A stretch of DNA of 64,000 nucleotides from an uncultured bacterium (GCA_949299165.1 CASFZJ010000002.1:4924-68923), one strand, 5' to 3'; positions 9,472 through 19,738 are shown, counted from the first letter of the stretch. Program-made: numbers and translations. The notes: generated by a model not told the origin, from the sequence alone.

Positions 9472-12400
9472 CTATGACAATAAGAATTTAATATCTTCAT
9501 CGCTTAGTGAAACAACGCCCTTTTCACCTTCACCAATAAATTTATCCATCAAATCTTTCTTGGCTTCCTGAAGTTTAATGACTTTTTCTTCAATGGTGTC
9601 TTTGCAAATCATTTTGATGACATTTACAGTTCGTGTTTGACCGATTCTGTGCGCTCTGTCACTGGCTTGATTTTCAGCTGCAACGTTCCACCAAGGATCA
9701 AGATGAATAATAATATCTGCGCCGATTAAGTTTAAACCAGTTCCGCCAGCTTTTAAAGATATTAAAAACACTTTTGTGTCATCTTTTTTGTTAAACTCTT
9801 CACACATCTTTAAACGGTCACTTGCTTTTGTTTGTCCATATATATAATAAGTTTTTATTTCCTCTTCCTTAAGCATTTCGAGTAAATGTTCTAAGGATTT
9901 TGTAAAACTTGAGAAAATAAGCACTTTGTGCCCATCGTTTATGGCATCTTTTATTAAAGAAATGGCTGCTTCAAGTTTTTCGCTTACATCATCATAATTT
10001 TCTAGAAACATCGATGGATCAAGACAAATTTGTCTTAAACGAGTTAAGGCACGCAAAATTAAGAACTTATTTTTATCATTATCTTCATCTTCAAATGTCT
10101 TTTTAGCATCTAACAAATATGAGTCATAAAGTTCGGATTGTTTTTCATTCATTTTAACAACATAACTTGTTTCAATTTTTGGTGGTAAGTCTTTTAAAAC
10201 GTCTTTTTTCACTCTTCGCAAAATAAATGGAGCGATACGACCTTGAAGACGTTTTTCAGTTAATTCATCTTTATCTAAAATTGCGTTTTCAAATTCTTCT
10301 TTAAAATGAGAGTAACTATATAAATAACCTGGCATTAAAAAATCAAATATAGACCATAAATCAGCTAAAGAATTTTCAATTGGTGTGCCAGTAAGGACGA
10401 ATTTAGTTTTTGCAACAAGTTGTTTTGTAGCCATTGTTTTTTGAGCGTGTGAATTTTTAATATATTGTGCTTCGTCTAAAACAAGTAAATTGTAAGCAAC
10501 TTGTGAATAAATATCTAAATCATTTCTTAATGAATCATAAGTTGTGATGAAAACAGCTTTTTTATTGTTTTTTAAATTTTTAAGAATTTCTAAACGTGCT
10601 TCTTTATTTCCACTTACAACATAAGTTTTTATTGAATCATCCCACATTTTAAATTCATGTTCCCGGTTAAAAATTAAACTTTTTGGGGAGATGATTAAAA
10701 TTGGTTCTTCTTCTTTAAGTGAGGTGATAAAACTAATCATTTCAAGAGTTTTACCTAGTCCCATATCATCAGCTAAAATTCCAGAAAGATTGTATTTTCT
10801 TAAAATTGACATCCATTTAAAAGCGTCAATTTGATAATTTCTTAAGATGTTTTTATAGCGTGAATCAGGTAAAAACCCTGCAGTTCTAAACTCTTTTACT
10901 TCATTTAAAATGTTTTTAATCTTTTCATCCATATTAATATCTAAAGAATCTTTATAAGAATTTACTTTAAATATTTCATAAAGAGGGACTTCTATTTCAT
11001 CATTATCGATTGAAAAATCATCACTTAAAGAGTTAAGTAAAGCGACGTCTTCATCACTAAGTGTGACAATTGAATTGTCTTTTAAACGAATGAATTTCTT
11101 TTTTCTTTTGTATTTTGCTAAAATTTCTTTAATTTGTTCGTCACTTAATTCATTTGAATGAAGTTTTAAAGCGAGCCAATCTTGTTTTAAAACTGAAGTT
11201 AAATTAAATTTAATTTTCTTACGATTTTTAATGCGCGTTAATTCATCACTTAAATAAATTTCATAGTAATTTTTGATGTCGCTAATATCATCAGTTAAAA
11301 AATCAACGATGATATTTTCATCTTCAATTTTTCCTTCTTCAATTAAGTTATGGTCTTTTAAAGTTCTTTCAGCGTCAAGTAAATATTTTTGATAATCTTC
11401 GTTTTCAAAAAGATCAACTTTAGTAACTTCTTCATCTTTTAAGTAATATCTAGTTTTGACTAGAAGATCGTTGTCTCTAGTAAGTTCAGCAAAATATTTA
11501 AATTTTAAATTTGAATCGAATAATTTTGATAAAAGTCTTGGCGAAACTTTGGCTTGATTCTTAACGCGTGGTGCCAAATTATTTTTAATTAAATCTTTCA
11601 CCATTTCAAAAGGATAATTTGGATTTTGAACTGTAAATAGGAAGAGTCTTCTTGTAAATTCGTTCACAAATTTTAAATAACTAACGTGATATTCAACTTC
11701 ATCTATTTTTTCAATTATGAGAAGAGCATTACCATCAAGATATAATCTTGTTGATTCATTGAGTTTTAAATCGGGTTGAAAAGTGAGCTCTCCATTTTCG
11801 CTAATTTCGTAATATCCATCTTCAAATTTTTGATATTGAATTATGGCTGGCTTATAAAAACTTGCGCTATAATCGGATTTATTCCGTGCCACCTCTTGTT
11901 TTGCAATAGTTATGTCGTTTGTTAAACAAAAATCTAATAAAGAAATAATTTGTTCAAGATTTAGAGCTTCATAGTAAAATGAATCGCTAGTAAGGACAGT
12001 AAATGAATTTATTAAGTGAATAAGTTTTTGACTTACTTCGTCAAAATTTTCTTCAGAAAAATCAATGTTTTTCTTTTCGCTTACATATTTTCTTGAAACT
12101 TTTTCAGAAAGCTTATAATATTCTAAATTTTTCGCAACAACTTTATTTGTTTGTAAATCTAAAATATCAAAACTAGCATGAAAATTTAAAGAATAATAAT
12201 ATAAGCCGGCACCAATTGAAATATTAAGTTTAATCTTATATGAGTGCTTAGTTTCGGAAGTCGTTTTACTTTCTTTAGGTAAGTTATTTAAAAACTCTAA
12301 AAATTTATTTCGTTTTTCATAAATTTGTCTAGCTTTTAAATTATCGCCTTCAAAATAAACGATATTTTCATTAATATCCTTGTAAAACTTAACTTTTTCT

Positions 12401-12690
12401 TCAGAATTTAAGTTTTGATATTTAGAAACAATATAGGCTAATAAAGCATTTGCTTTTGTAGGCGCGCTTCTTTCTTTCAATCCAGAAAATGGTGAAATTG
12501 AGAAATATACCACTACATCATCATCAAGATATGTAAAATAATAATTTAAGTTCTTTTTTATTGCGTAACAATAAATATCACTGCTTAATTCATCATATCT
12601 AAAATAAATGTCATATAGATTAGATTCTAAATCACATAATAATTTATTATCGCATGAATAGCTTGAAACAAAGGCAAAGTCAAAATACAT
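9472..12690 (-). CDS. SNF2-family helicase (YwqA/RapA-like) with an approximately 560-aa N-terminal domain of unknown function
   Basis: C-terminal half has the SNF2 N-domain (ILADDMGLGKT, DEAQYIKN) and helicase-C (motif VI-like QASDRAHRIGQ). The N-terminal half has no recognisable motifs. Confidence 0.8.
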   Translation of the reverse strand: MYFDFAFVSSYSCDNKLLCDLESNLYDIYFRYDELSSDIYCYAIKKNLNYYFTYLDDDVVVYFSISPFSGLKERSAPTKANALLAYIVSKYQNLNSEEKVKFYKDINENIVYFEGDNLKARQIYEKRNKFLEFLNNLPKESKTTSETKHSYKIKLNISIGAGLYYYSLNFHASFDILDLQTNKVVAKNLEYYKLSEKVSRKYVSEKKNIDFSEENFDEVSQKLIHLINSFTVLTSDSFYYEALNLEQIISLLDFCLTNDITIAKQEVARNKSDYSASFYKPAIIQYQKFEDGYYEISENGELTFQPDLKLNESTRLYLDGNALLIIEKIDEVEYHVSYLKFVNEFTRRLFLFTVQNPNYPFEMVKDLIKNNLAPRVKNQAKVSPRLLSKLFDSNLKFKYFAELTRDNDLLVKTRYYLKDEEVTKVDLFENEDYQKYLLDAERTLKDHNLIEEGKIEDENIIVDFLTDDISDIKNYYEIYLSDELTRIKNRKKIKFNLTSVLKQDWLALKLHSNELSDEQIKEILAKYKRKKKFIRLKDNSIVTLSDEDVALLNSLSDDFSIDNDEIEVPLYEIFKVNSYKDSLDINMDEKIKNILNEVKEFRTAGFLPDSRYKNILRNYQIDAFKWMSILRKYNLSGILADDMGLGKTLEMISFITSLKEEEPILIISPKSLIFNREHEFKMWDDSIKTYVVSGNKEARLEILKNLKNNKKAVFITTYDSLRNDLDIYSQVAYNLLVLDEAQYIKNSHAQKTMATKQLVAKTKFVLTGTPIENSLADLWSIFDFLMPGYLYSYSHFKEEFENAILDKDELTEKRLQGRIAPFILRRVKKDVLKDLPPKIETSYVVKMNEKQSELYDSYLLDAKKTFEDEDNDKNKFLILRALTRLRQICLDPSMFLENYDDVSEKLEAAISLIKDAINDGHKVLIFSSFTKSLEHLLEMLKEEEIKTYYIYGQTKASDRLKMCEEFNKKDDTKVFLISLKAGGTGLNLIGADIIIHLDPWWNVAAENQASDRAHRIGQTRTVNVIKMICKDTIEEKVIKLQEAKKDLMDKFIGEGEKGVVSLSDEDIKFLLS

Positions 12691-12691
12691 A

Positions 12692-13513
12692 TTATTGGTA
12701 CCTCACAAAGCCTTTCTTGGCGATATTTTCATTGTTACCACTTATAAGTAAGAAAACCTCATTCAATTTTCGATAATCAATGTATTTTTTAACGTTTTCT
12801 TCTTTTATTAACATTTCGTATTGAATTCTATCATCTACATAAAGCGAAAGAAGTAAACCATCAATAAAATCTGAAGTAACTGTTTTGCCACATTTTCTTT
12901 TAATAATTTTTACAAGTGCACCAATATAATATTCTGGATAAAGCTTTTTAATAACATATCTAGAATTTAAGAAATAAAAATCATCAATCTTTGTAGATAA
13001 ACTTGTAATACTTTTTTTAGCGCTAGAAAAAATAAAATTATAAGGGCTCTCTGAAGATTTAAATAAATGTTCTAAGTGTACAAATGGAGCATCTATTACA
13101 CCATTATCAGCTAAATTAATAGATTCTGAATAAATCATCATCGCTAGATCATGACTAATGTCGCTCATCAATAATTCTTTAAAGAATTTCAATTTATCTT
13201 CATTAAAAAATGATGATGAATAATAGTACTTAATGTAGTCCGAATCACAATAAGGAGCAAAAAATGTATAAAATCTCATATCAAGTGTAAAACCCCTCTT
13301 GATATATGTTTCCACAAAAGATACTTTATCTTTTAAAAAATACGATTTTGCAACAAAGGTACAATAAAAAAACTCATCGGCATTACTGACGATTCTTTTG
13401 TTTAAAACCTCGTGTTCGAACCATTCAAAACGAAATCGATAATAAGAATCTGCAAAACCATTGACGGCTTTTTCTATTCTTTGTTTTCTTTCGGGAGATA
13501 CATTAATTTGCAT
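12692..13513 (-). CDS. Hypothetical protein, likely co-transcribed with the SNF2 helicase
   Basis: 273-aa ORF ending 1 nt before the helicase start; no motifs recognised. Confidence 0.4.
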   Translation of the reverse strand: MQINVSPERKQRIEKAVNGFADSYYRFRFEWFEHEVLNKRIVSNADEFFYCTFVAKSYFLKDKVSFVETYIKRGFTLDMRFYTFFAPYCDSDYIKYYYSSSFFNEDKLKFFKELLMSDISHDLAMMIYSESINLADNGVIDAPFVHLEHLFKSSESPYNFIFSSAKKSITSLSTKIDDFYFLNSRYVIKKLYPEYYIGALVKIIKRKCGKTVTSDFIDGLLLSLYVDDRIQYEMLIKEENVKKYIDYRKLNEVFLLISGNNENIAKKGFVRYQ

Positions 13514-13664
13514 AAAAAACTCAACACATTATTTTAATAAAAAAACACTTTTTGAACAACAACTACTATCGAAGTTATAGACCATCATCAACAAGGCCAA
13601 GCAAAAATTTATTTTGTCTTTTTATTGTTCAAATTTTATATATTTTTAAAAGTTTATAAAAAAA

Positions 13665-13697
13665 TGTTGCTCAGTTTGATTGAGCAACAGCCTTAGT
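13665..13697 (-). terminator. Rho-independent terminator downstream of tRNA-Arg
   Basis: Perfect 9-bp stem TGTTGCTCA/TGAGCAACA with a 7-nt loop, followed by a T-run on the minus strand. Confidence 0.65.
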
Positions 13698-13705
13698 TTG
13701 GTAGT

Positions 13706-13782
13706 TGGTGACCTTGAGGCGACTCGAACGCCTGACCCACAGCTTAGAAGGCTGTTGCTCTATCCAACTGAGCTACAAGGCC
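13706..13782 (-). tRNA. tRNA-Arg (anticodon TCT)
   Basis: 77-nt cloverleaf on the minus strand: acceptor GGCCTTG, D-loop AGCTCAGTTGGATAGAGC, anticodon stem ACAGC/GCTGT with loop CTTCTAA, T-arm GGTTCGAGTCC, 3' CCA encoded. Confidence 0.85.
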
Positions 13783-13797
13783 AACTCGTGCCCTAAT

Positions 13798-13826
13798 ATT
13801 ATCTCAAACCAAAACCTAAATGTAAA
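13798..13826 (-). promoter_or_regulatory. Sigma-A-type promoter for tRNA-Arg (-35 TTTACA, 17-bp spacer, -10 GATAAT)
   Basis: Read on the minus strand immediately upstream of the tRNA 5' end. Confidence 0.45.
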
Positions 13827-13891
13827 TAACAAATTTAAAGAAATTTTAAAGGATTTTTAAAGTGGTTTTTCAGAGAAAAACCCAGCAAAAC

Positions 13892-14677
13892 TTAACTATT
13901 TTCAAATTTTTCAGAAAAAATTACTTCATTTTTCTTTTTTAAATTAAAGAAATTAATAGCTAAAATTACAAAAATAAGTACTATTGGGATCAATAAAATT
14001 AAATTAGGTAATATTGAAAATAGATAGTTTGATTCCTTTTGAAAAACAGGATTTAAGAAATAATAATAAGAAAAGCTTGCACATACTCCTGCTGAGAACG
14101 AAAGAATTAAAAACAAGTAATCGATACCATTTACAAGCTCTTTTTTATCATGTTTTTCTTCAGCGTTAACTAAAGAATGGACCATTCTTTGAAGATTAGC
14201 AGTCATCATTGTAGATGTAAAATTAATGGAGTTCATCTTCCTAAAACTTTCAAGCAAAAAAGCGCCAATTAAAGAAAGGAGTACGTTACCAAAAACATTA
14301 GAAAAACTAAAATCTTTAGCCTCTAATATTGTGCCTACTTGATCAAATTCAACAGGGACAAAAATAATAAATAAAAGAAGAAAAGCGCTTATAAATAGCT
14401 CAATAGGATGATAATCTTTTTGATGTTTAGTACAAAAATATTCAATTAAATTCGCAATCACGAGACCAATAATAAAAGATAATACTGCTATTAAAGAGAT
14501 TCCTAAGCTACTCCGATCTAGTCTAATTAAGTTTGTGAAAATACTGATTAAATTTCCGGTTTGCATTAAAGCAAAATAGCCACGATTAAATAATGAATAA
14601 GTTTCTAAAACTCCACCAATAAAGCCCAAAGTAAGAGCTAACACCAAGCTATATGTTAAATTTTTACTTTTTCTCAT
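13892..14677 (-). CDS. DUF1275 (YoaK-like) family membrane protein
   Basis: 261 aa, about 6 TM segments. N-terminal motif GGVLETYSLFNRGYFALMQTGN resembles the DUF1275 signature. Confidence 0.55.
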   Translation of the reverse strand: MRKSKNLTYSLVLALTLGFIGGVLETYSLFNRGYFALMQTGNLISIFTNLIRLDRSSLGISLIAVLSFIIGLVIANLIEYFCTKHQKDYHPIELFISAFLLLFIIFVPVEFDQVGTILEAKDFSFSNVFGNVLLSLIGAFLLESFRKMNSINFTSTMMTANLQRMVHSLVNAEEKHDKKELVNGIDYLFLILSFSAGVCASFSYYYFLNPVFQKESNYLFSILPNLILLIPIVLIFVILAINFFNLKKKNEVIFSEKFENS

Positions 14678-15323
14678 TTAAAAATTCATTAATTTTTTCT
14701 TTTAATTCTTTAACATCTTTGCATACACTATTTGGATTTAACTTTTCAAGTTCATTACTGATTGATGGATCGTTATAGGTAACACTAATGATATCCACAC
14801 CAATTACCTTACATTGTTCAACATCACTAATTGTGTCGCCAACATAAATCAATTCTTCAGGTTTAAAATTATGGTTATCGCAAATTTCTTTTAAACGCTT
14901 TGTTTTTACTGCTCCTTCTAATCCACCAGTGTAAACACATTTAAAGTATTTGAACGCGTCAAGTTTAACCAAGGAAATCATAGTTGTTTCTTTTGAACGG
15001 CCGGTTAATAGATAAACAGGTATATTTTTCTTATTTAACTCTTCCAAAATTTCTCTAATGCCAGGAATAAAGTCTTTTAACATTTCATCATGAAATTCAT
15101 AATATTTTTCTAGATAACGATAAAAACATTTCTTCGCATCACCTTTATTAGAAATAATTTTGTTAATTATTCCTTCTTCAGTTGGCCCCATAATACTTTT
15201 TTGTTCTTCTTCGGTTAAAGGCACATTTCTGAATTCTTGAATTGCTTCAACAATTTTACTAACTACTAGTGGAAACGATAAACATAGCGTTCCATCAAAA
15301 TCAAAAATAACTGCTTTTTTCAT
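14664..15323 (-). CDS. HAD-superfamily hydrolase (phosphatase)
   Basis: N-terminal DFDGTL motif I, later GRSKE and C-terminal VGDTISD motifs. Confidence 0.75.
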   Translation of the reverse strand: MKKAVIFDFDGTLCLSFPLVVSKIVEAIQEFRNVPLTEEEQKSIMGPTEEGIINKIISNKGDAKKCFYRYLEKYYEFHDEMLKDFIPGIREILEELNKKNIPVYLLTGRSKETTMISLVKLDAFKYFKCVYTGGLEGAVKTKRLKEICDNHNFKPEELIYVGDTISDVEQCKVIGVDIISVTYNDPSISNELEKLNPNSVCKDVKELKEKINEFLNEKK

Positions 15324-15506
15324 AAAAATCTCACTTACTCAATAATTATAATGATTCACGAGTTTATGCTCTATAAAATTTTCAAAAATTAATAATTAAA
15401 TAAACAATGAAACTTAAAATAATTTAGACTCAATTTTTTTGACAAACTATCTTGTAAATTTATTTAACTCGAATACAATAATTATTGTATTTAAAGGAGA
15501 TTTTTT

Positions 15507-15941
15507 ATGTTTATATCAAAGAAAAGACTTATCGCTCTATCTTCCATAATAATCTCTGTAATAATTTTCGCCTTCCTTGGTACGGCCTGCTATCGCTATA
15601 CTGGTTTTATCACTAAAGGTGATTTTTATTCAAGTTACGATTTTGGATTTGGCGGTAATGTTATTATTGAATCATTCAATATTATTTTAGTTGTTGTTTG
15701 TGCCATTTTACTTGCATTAAACCTTTTAGCTTTTTTTGTTGAAAAAGTAAATGAAAAACCACTTGCAATAACCAACTTAGTGTTATGGGTAATCGTTTTA
15801 GCTTTTGCGATTTGCGCAATGTGCTCCAAATATGTGAACGAAAGCTATAACCCAACAATTTCAATTACATTTGTAATGCTCCTTTCTCTTATTGGTTTAA
15901 TTTCAAGTTTTGCTCCATTATTTATTCAAGATAAAGATTAA
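15507..15941 (+). CDS. Small integral membrane protein (4 predicted TM)
   Basis: 144 aa, four hydrophobic segments; the antisense ORFs at 15635-15864 are artefacts. Confidence 0.5.
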   Translation: MFISKKRLIALSSIIISVIIFAFLGTACYRYTGFITKGDFYSSYDFGFGGNVIIESFNIILVVVCAILLALNLLAFFVEKVNEKPLAITNLVLWVIVLAFAICAMCSKYVNESYNPTISITFVMLLSLIGLISSFAPLFIQDKD

Positions 15942-15966
15942 AATGTTTTATTAAAAAACTAAAAAA

Positions 15967-15991
15967 CTCGAGGCAAATCCTCGAGTTTTTT
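15967..15991. terminator. Bidirectional terminator (downstream of both the membrane protein gene and rplT)
   Basis: Perfect hairpin CTCGAGG-CAAAT-CCTCGAG flanked by A6 and T6. Confidence 0.7.
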
Positions 15992-16010
15992 GATGTCAAT
16001 TTAATTTAGC

Positions 16011-16361
16011 TTATTTAGCGTTTTTAGCAAGTGTAACGAGTTCGCTGAATCCTTTTGGATCATGAATTGCGATTTCACTTAACATTTTTCTGTTAAGATC
16101 GATTTTAGCGACTTTTAAACCATGCATAAACTTTGAATAGGAGATGTCGTTTAATCTGCAAGCAGCATTAATTCTTTTAATCCAAAGTTTTCTGAAGTCT
16201 CTCTTAATATTTCTTCTATCAATGTAAGCGTATCTTTTTGAACGCATTACTTGTTCTTTAGCTGTTTTGAAAAGAAGATGTTTGCTGCCAAAGTAACCTT
16301 TAGCTTGTTTTAAAATCTTTTTTCTTCTTAAATGTGTAACTTTACCACCTTTTACTCTCAT
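16011..16361 (-). CDS. rplT: 50S ribosomal protein L20
   Basis: 116-aa basic protein with a conserved L20 sequence, last gene of infC-rpmI-rplT. Confidence 0.95.
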   Translation of the reverse strand: MRVKGGKVTHLRRKKILKQAKGYFGSKHLLFKTAKEQVMRSKRYAYIDRRNIKRDFRKLWIKRINAACRLNDISYSKFMHGLKVAKIDLNRKMLSEIAIHDPKGFSELVTLAKNAK

Positions 16362-16376
16362 GACGATTACCTCCTA

Positions 16377-16571
16377 CTATTGTTGAATGAGATATTTAAT
16401 TCTCTTCATATCTGCACTTGATACAGATGTTTCTTTTCTAAGATGTCTTTTTTGTTTATGTGTTTTATGAGGTGCTAAATGGCTGACATAAGCGTGGTGT
16501 CTTCTGACTTTTCCACTTCCTGTTACTTTAACTCTTTTTGTTAAAGCTTTTTTACTTTTCATTTTTGGCAT
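16377..16571 (-). CDS. rpmI: 50S ribosomal protein L35
   Basis: 64 aa, MPKMKSKKALTKRVKVTGSGK... Confidence 0.95.
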   Translation of the reverse strand: MPKMKSKKALTKRVKVTGSGKVRRHHAYVSHLAPHKTHKQKRHLRKETSVSSADMKRIKYLIQQ

Positions 16572-16597
16572 ATATAATCTCTCCTTTATAAACTAAC

Positions 16598-17164
16598 TTA
16601 TTTCTTTGGTTTACTTGCAAGAACACAAGTGAGCCATCTGCCATCTAATGTAGGTTTTTTCTCTACATTAGAATAGTCTTTCACGTATTCAAGGAACTTA
16701 TTCATCGTTTCATCGCCAATTTCGGTGTGAGACATTTGTCTTCCTTTGAAACGAACACCAACTTTTACTTTGTTTCCATCTTCAAGAAATTTAATAGCAG
16801 CTTTGACCTTTGTTTCAAGATCATGAAGTCCTATTTGTGGAGTAAGTTGAATTTCCTTAAGTTCGATAATTTTTTGATTCTTCTTAGCTTCTTTAGCTTT
16901 CTTTTGCGCCTCAAATTTGTATTTTCCATAATTAAGGATTTTACAAACTGGTGGATTTGCTTGTGGTGCAACACAAAGTAAGTCTAAATCCATACTTTCC
17001 GCTTTTTTATAAGCTTCGAAACGTGACATTTTACCGTAACTAGTGCCGTCAGGACCAATTACAAGAACTTCTGGAAATCTAATTTTTTCATTTACAAGAT
17101 CACCGTTATAACGGTCTCTTTTATTTTGTCCAAAATTTGGACGTTCATTGAAGTTTGCTATAAT
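16598..17164 (-). CDS. infC: Translation initiation factor IF-3 (probable AUU start)
   Basis: IF3 N- and C-domains are present. An ATT codon at 17164-17162 lies 6 nt downstream of a GGGAGG Shine-Dalgarno, and AUU starts are known for infC. The ORF-track GTG start at 17206 lies inside the leader hairpin and is unlikely. Confidence 0.85.
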   Translation of the reverse strand: MIANFNERPNFGQNKRDRYNGDLVNEKIRFPEVLVIGPDGTSYGKMSRFEAYKKAESMDLDLLCVAPQANPPVCKILNYGKYKFEAQKKAKEAKKNQKIIELKEIQLTPQIGLHDLETKVKAAIKFLEDGNKVKVGVRFKGRQMSHTEIGDETMNKFLEYVKDYSNVEKKPTLDGRWLTCVLASKPKK

Positions 17165-17194
17165 TCTTTCCCTCCCAAAATAGAAACTAAAATA

Positions 17195-17226
17195 AAACGG
17201 GCGCACAATATGCGTCCGTTAATAAT
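17195..17226 (-). promoter_or_regulatory. infC operon leader terminator/attenuator hairpin (candidate L20-responsive leader)
   Basis: On the minus strand, AACGGACGCA-TATT-GTGCGCCCGTT hairpin followed by a U-rich run, located 15 nt upstream of the infC Shine-Dalgarno within a 240-nt 5' leader. Confidence 0.45.
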
Positions 17227-17446
17227 CAAATTTTTCTAAATTTAATCATAGCCTTGAACCAATCGACCTAGTCAATCTGGTGAGAAGCGGACGCTCTCTT
17301 TCTACGTGCTTAATAATTCTAATCGGTCGAAATAGGTTTGTAAAGAAAAACTTACAAATTTTTGGCACATTTTTCACGATTTTTTTGAGCAAATTTATAT
17401 GAACTTAAAACTTAATATATAAAATTAAGCAAATATTTTCTAACTT

Positions 17447-18607
17447 TTAATCCTTAATAATTTTTAATTCGGCATTTTTTATTGCTTCATCAATTAGTGT
17501 TTCAAAATCAAATTTCTTTTCAATTTCGTAACATTCATCTAGCTTTGGTGATGTTTTTGGTCTAACAGGGGCAAAAATCGTACAGCAATCTTCATATGGT
17601 CTGATTGAAATATCGTATGTGCCAATCTTTTCACTTATTTTAATAATGTCTACTTTATCATAAGTACATAAAGGTCTTAAAATAGGCATATTTGTAACTT
17701 CATTGATAACATTTAATGAATCAATCGTTTGCGAGGCAACTTGTCCAATGCTTTCACCATTTGCTAAACAATTTATTCTTAATTTTCTAGCAAGTCGATC
17801 AGCAATTCTATACATCATTCTTCTCATAATTGTAATTGGATAGCCCTCAATTGATACTTCATATATTTTTTCTTGTATCTTAGTAAAAGGAATTACATAA
17901 AGTTTTATTTTTGTTTGATACTTAGTTAGTTTATGTAAAATATCTTCTAATTTATCGATAACTCCACTATTTGTATATGGAGGTGAAGCATAATGGATGC
18001 AAGTTATATCAACACCTCTTTTAAGTAATAGATATGCTGCAACTGGAGAATCAATTCCACCACTTAACATAACTAAACTTTTCCCGATTGTGCCGCTTGG
18101 ATATCCGCCAATTCCTTTAATTGTTTCAGTAAATAGATAAGCACCATCTTCTCTAATTTCAATATCAAGCAAAACGTCAGGATTATGAACATCCACTCTT
18201 TTTTCAGTATTTTTTAAAACAACTGTTGCAACTTTTCGATTGATTTCATCACTTATATAAGGATAAGATTTATCGATTCTTCTTGTTCTAATTTTAAAAG
18301 TGTTTCCTTTTTCTTTTTTTAAGATATCTAAAGCAACATCTAATATGTTATCTAAATCTTGATCAATTTTTAAAGCGAGTGAAAAAGAATACATTCCACT
18401 AATATCTTTTAACTTATCAACAATATCTGGAATTTCATTTATTAAATTTAAATAGATATGATCGTGGCGCACTACCATTTCATAGTCGTTTTCATTTTCT
18501 CTTAAATTATGTCTTATCGAACGAGCTAAAGAGTTAATAAAGTCTCTTTTATTTTTTCCTTTTGTAGACATTTCGCCAAAGCGAACAATAATTGTGTTGT
18601 ATTCCAT
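17447..18607 (-). CDS. thiI: tRNA 4-thiouridine(8) synthase ThiI
   Basis: THUMP plus PP-loop ATPase motif (LSGGIDSPVAAY). Confidence 0.9.
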   Translation of the reverse strand: MEYNTIIVRFGEMSTKGKNKRDFINSLARSIRHNLRENENDYEMVVRHDHIYLNLINEIPDIVDKLKDISGMYSFSLALKIDQDLDNILDVALDILKKEKGNTFKIRTRRIDKSYPYISDEINRKVATVVLKNTEKRVDVHNPDVLLDIEIREDGAYLFTETIKGIGGYPSGTIGKSLVMLSGGIDSPVAAYLLLKRGVDITCIHYASPPYTNSGVIDKLEDILHKLTKYQTKIKLYVIPFTKIQEKIYEVSIEGYPITIMRRMMYRIADRLARKLRINCLANGESIGQVASQTIDSLNVINEVTNMPILRPLCTYDKVDIIKISEKIGTYDISIRPYEDCCTIFAPVRPKTSPKLDECYEIEKKFDFETLIDEAIKNAELKIIKD

Positions 18608-18610
18608 ATT

Positions 18611-19738
18611 CTAACCTCTGATTGTCGATAAAATTTCTTTAAATATTTCAATAAATTTTTCACATTCTTCAAGTGTCGTATCTTTAGATAAAGATAATCT
18701 TATTGAATTGAACGCTTCTTTCATAGTTTTTCCTAGAGAAAGCAGAACATAAGATGGTTCTTCTTTTTTTGAATTACACGCTGAAACACTTGAACAATAT
18801 ATTTCATGGTTTGATAAAGCTTCAACTATAACGCTAGCTTTCTTGCTTTTTAAAGAAAAATTAATAATGTAAGGAGAACAATTTGAATTACTATTTAAAG
18901 AAACTTCCTCAATTTTACTGAGTTCATTTAACAAAAAACCTTGCAAAACCTTAATATTTTTATAATTTTTATCAAAATTAGCAATTGCATTATTTAATGA
19001 AACATTAAACGAAACAATTGAAGGATAATCAAGTGTGCCGCTTCTTAATCCGTTTTCTTGACCACCACCATAAATAATTGGATTTAGCAAAATTTTCTTT
19101 TTCTTAATTAAAGCGCCAATTCCTTTAATACCATAAATTTTATGAGCGCTGATTGTTATCAAATCAGATAATGAATAATCGAAATTTTCTTTGCCTAAAG
19201 TTTGGGCACAATCGCAATGCAAAACACATTTAGGATATTTTTTGATGATTTCTTTGATATCTTTGACATTTAAGATACATCCAATTTCGTTGTTAACTGG
19301 CATAATTGAAACCAAAATAGTTTGAGAATCAATTATTTTTTCAAATTCATTGACGTTAATCTTTCCATTTTCATCAACATTTAAATAACTAACTTGGAAA
19401 CCTTGAGTTTCTAAATATTTGAAAACATTTAATACACTCTCGTGTTCAATTTTTGTGGTGATTAATTTGTTACCTCTATTTTTATTTCTTAAGGCGTAAC
19501 CAATGATAGCTAAATTATTTGACTCACTAGCCCCACTTGTAAAAATAACTTCATAAGAAGTATCAAGTTTTAGCTTTTTAAGGAAATTGTCTTTTATTCG
19601 ATTAATTTCATTAAAAAGTTTCATGGCTGGACCATGGATGGAGTTAGGGTTATAAAATGAATTTAAGCTCGCTTCATAAAAAGCATCTAAACACTCTTTT
19701 GAAGGCTTAGTACTACTTGCGTTATCTAAATAAATCAT
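18611..19738 (-). CDS. Cysteine desulfurase (NifS/NifZ-like, class V aminotransferase)
   Basis: 375 aa, PLP-lysine context SAHKIYGIKGIGAL. Adjacent to thiI as in Bacillus nifZ-thiI. Confidence 0.85.
   Translation of the reverse strand: MIYLDNASSTKPSKECLDAFYEASLNSFYNPNSIHGPAMKLFNEINRIKDNFLKKLKLDTSYEVIFTSGASESNNLAIIGYALRNKNRGNKLITTKIEHESVLNVFKYLETQGFQVSYLNVDENGKINVNEFEKIIDSQTILVSIMPVNNEIGCILNVKDIKEIIKKYPKCVLHCDCAQTLGKENFDYSLSDLITISAHKIYGIKGIGALIKKKKILLNPIIYGGGQENGLRSGTLDYPSIVSFNVSLNNAIANFDKNYKNIKVLQGFLLNELSKIEEVSLNSNSNCSPYIINFSLKSKKASVIVEALSNHEIYCSSVSACNSKKEEPSYVLLSLGKTMKEAFNSIRLSLSKDTTLEECEKFIEIFKEILSTIRG

Noticed and set aside
12692-13513. Assigning the SNF2-adjacent ORF as a SWIM zinc-finger YwqB
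   Set aside because: No CxC...CxH SWIM pattern could be seen in the translation; left as hypothetical.
15635-15864. Two minus-strand small ORFs (64 and 60 aa)
   Set aside because: Antisense to the 4-TM membrane protein gene 15507-15941; no start context.
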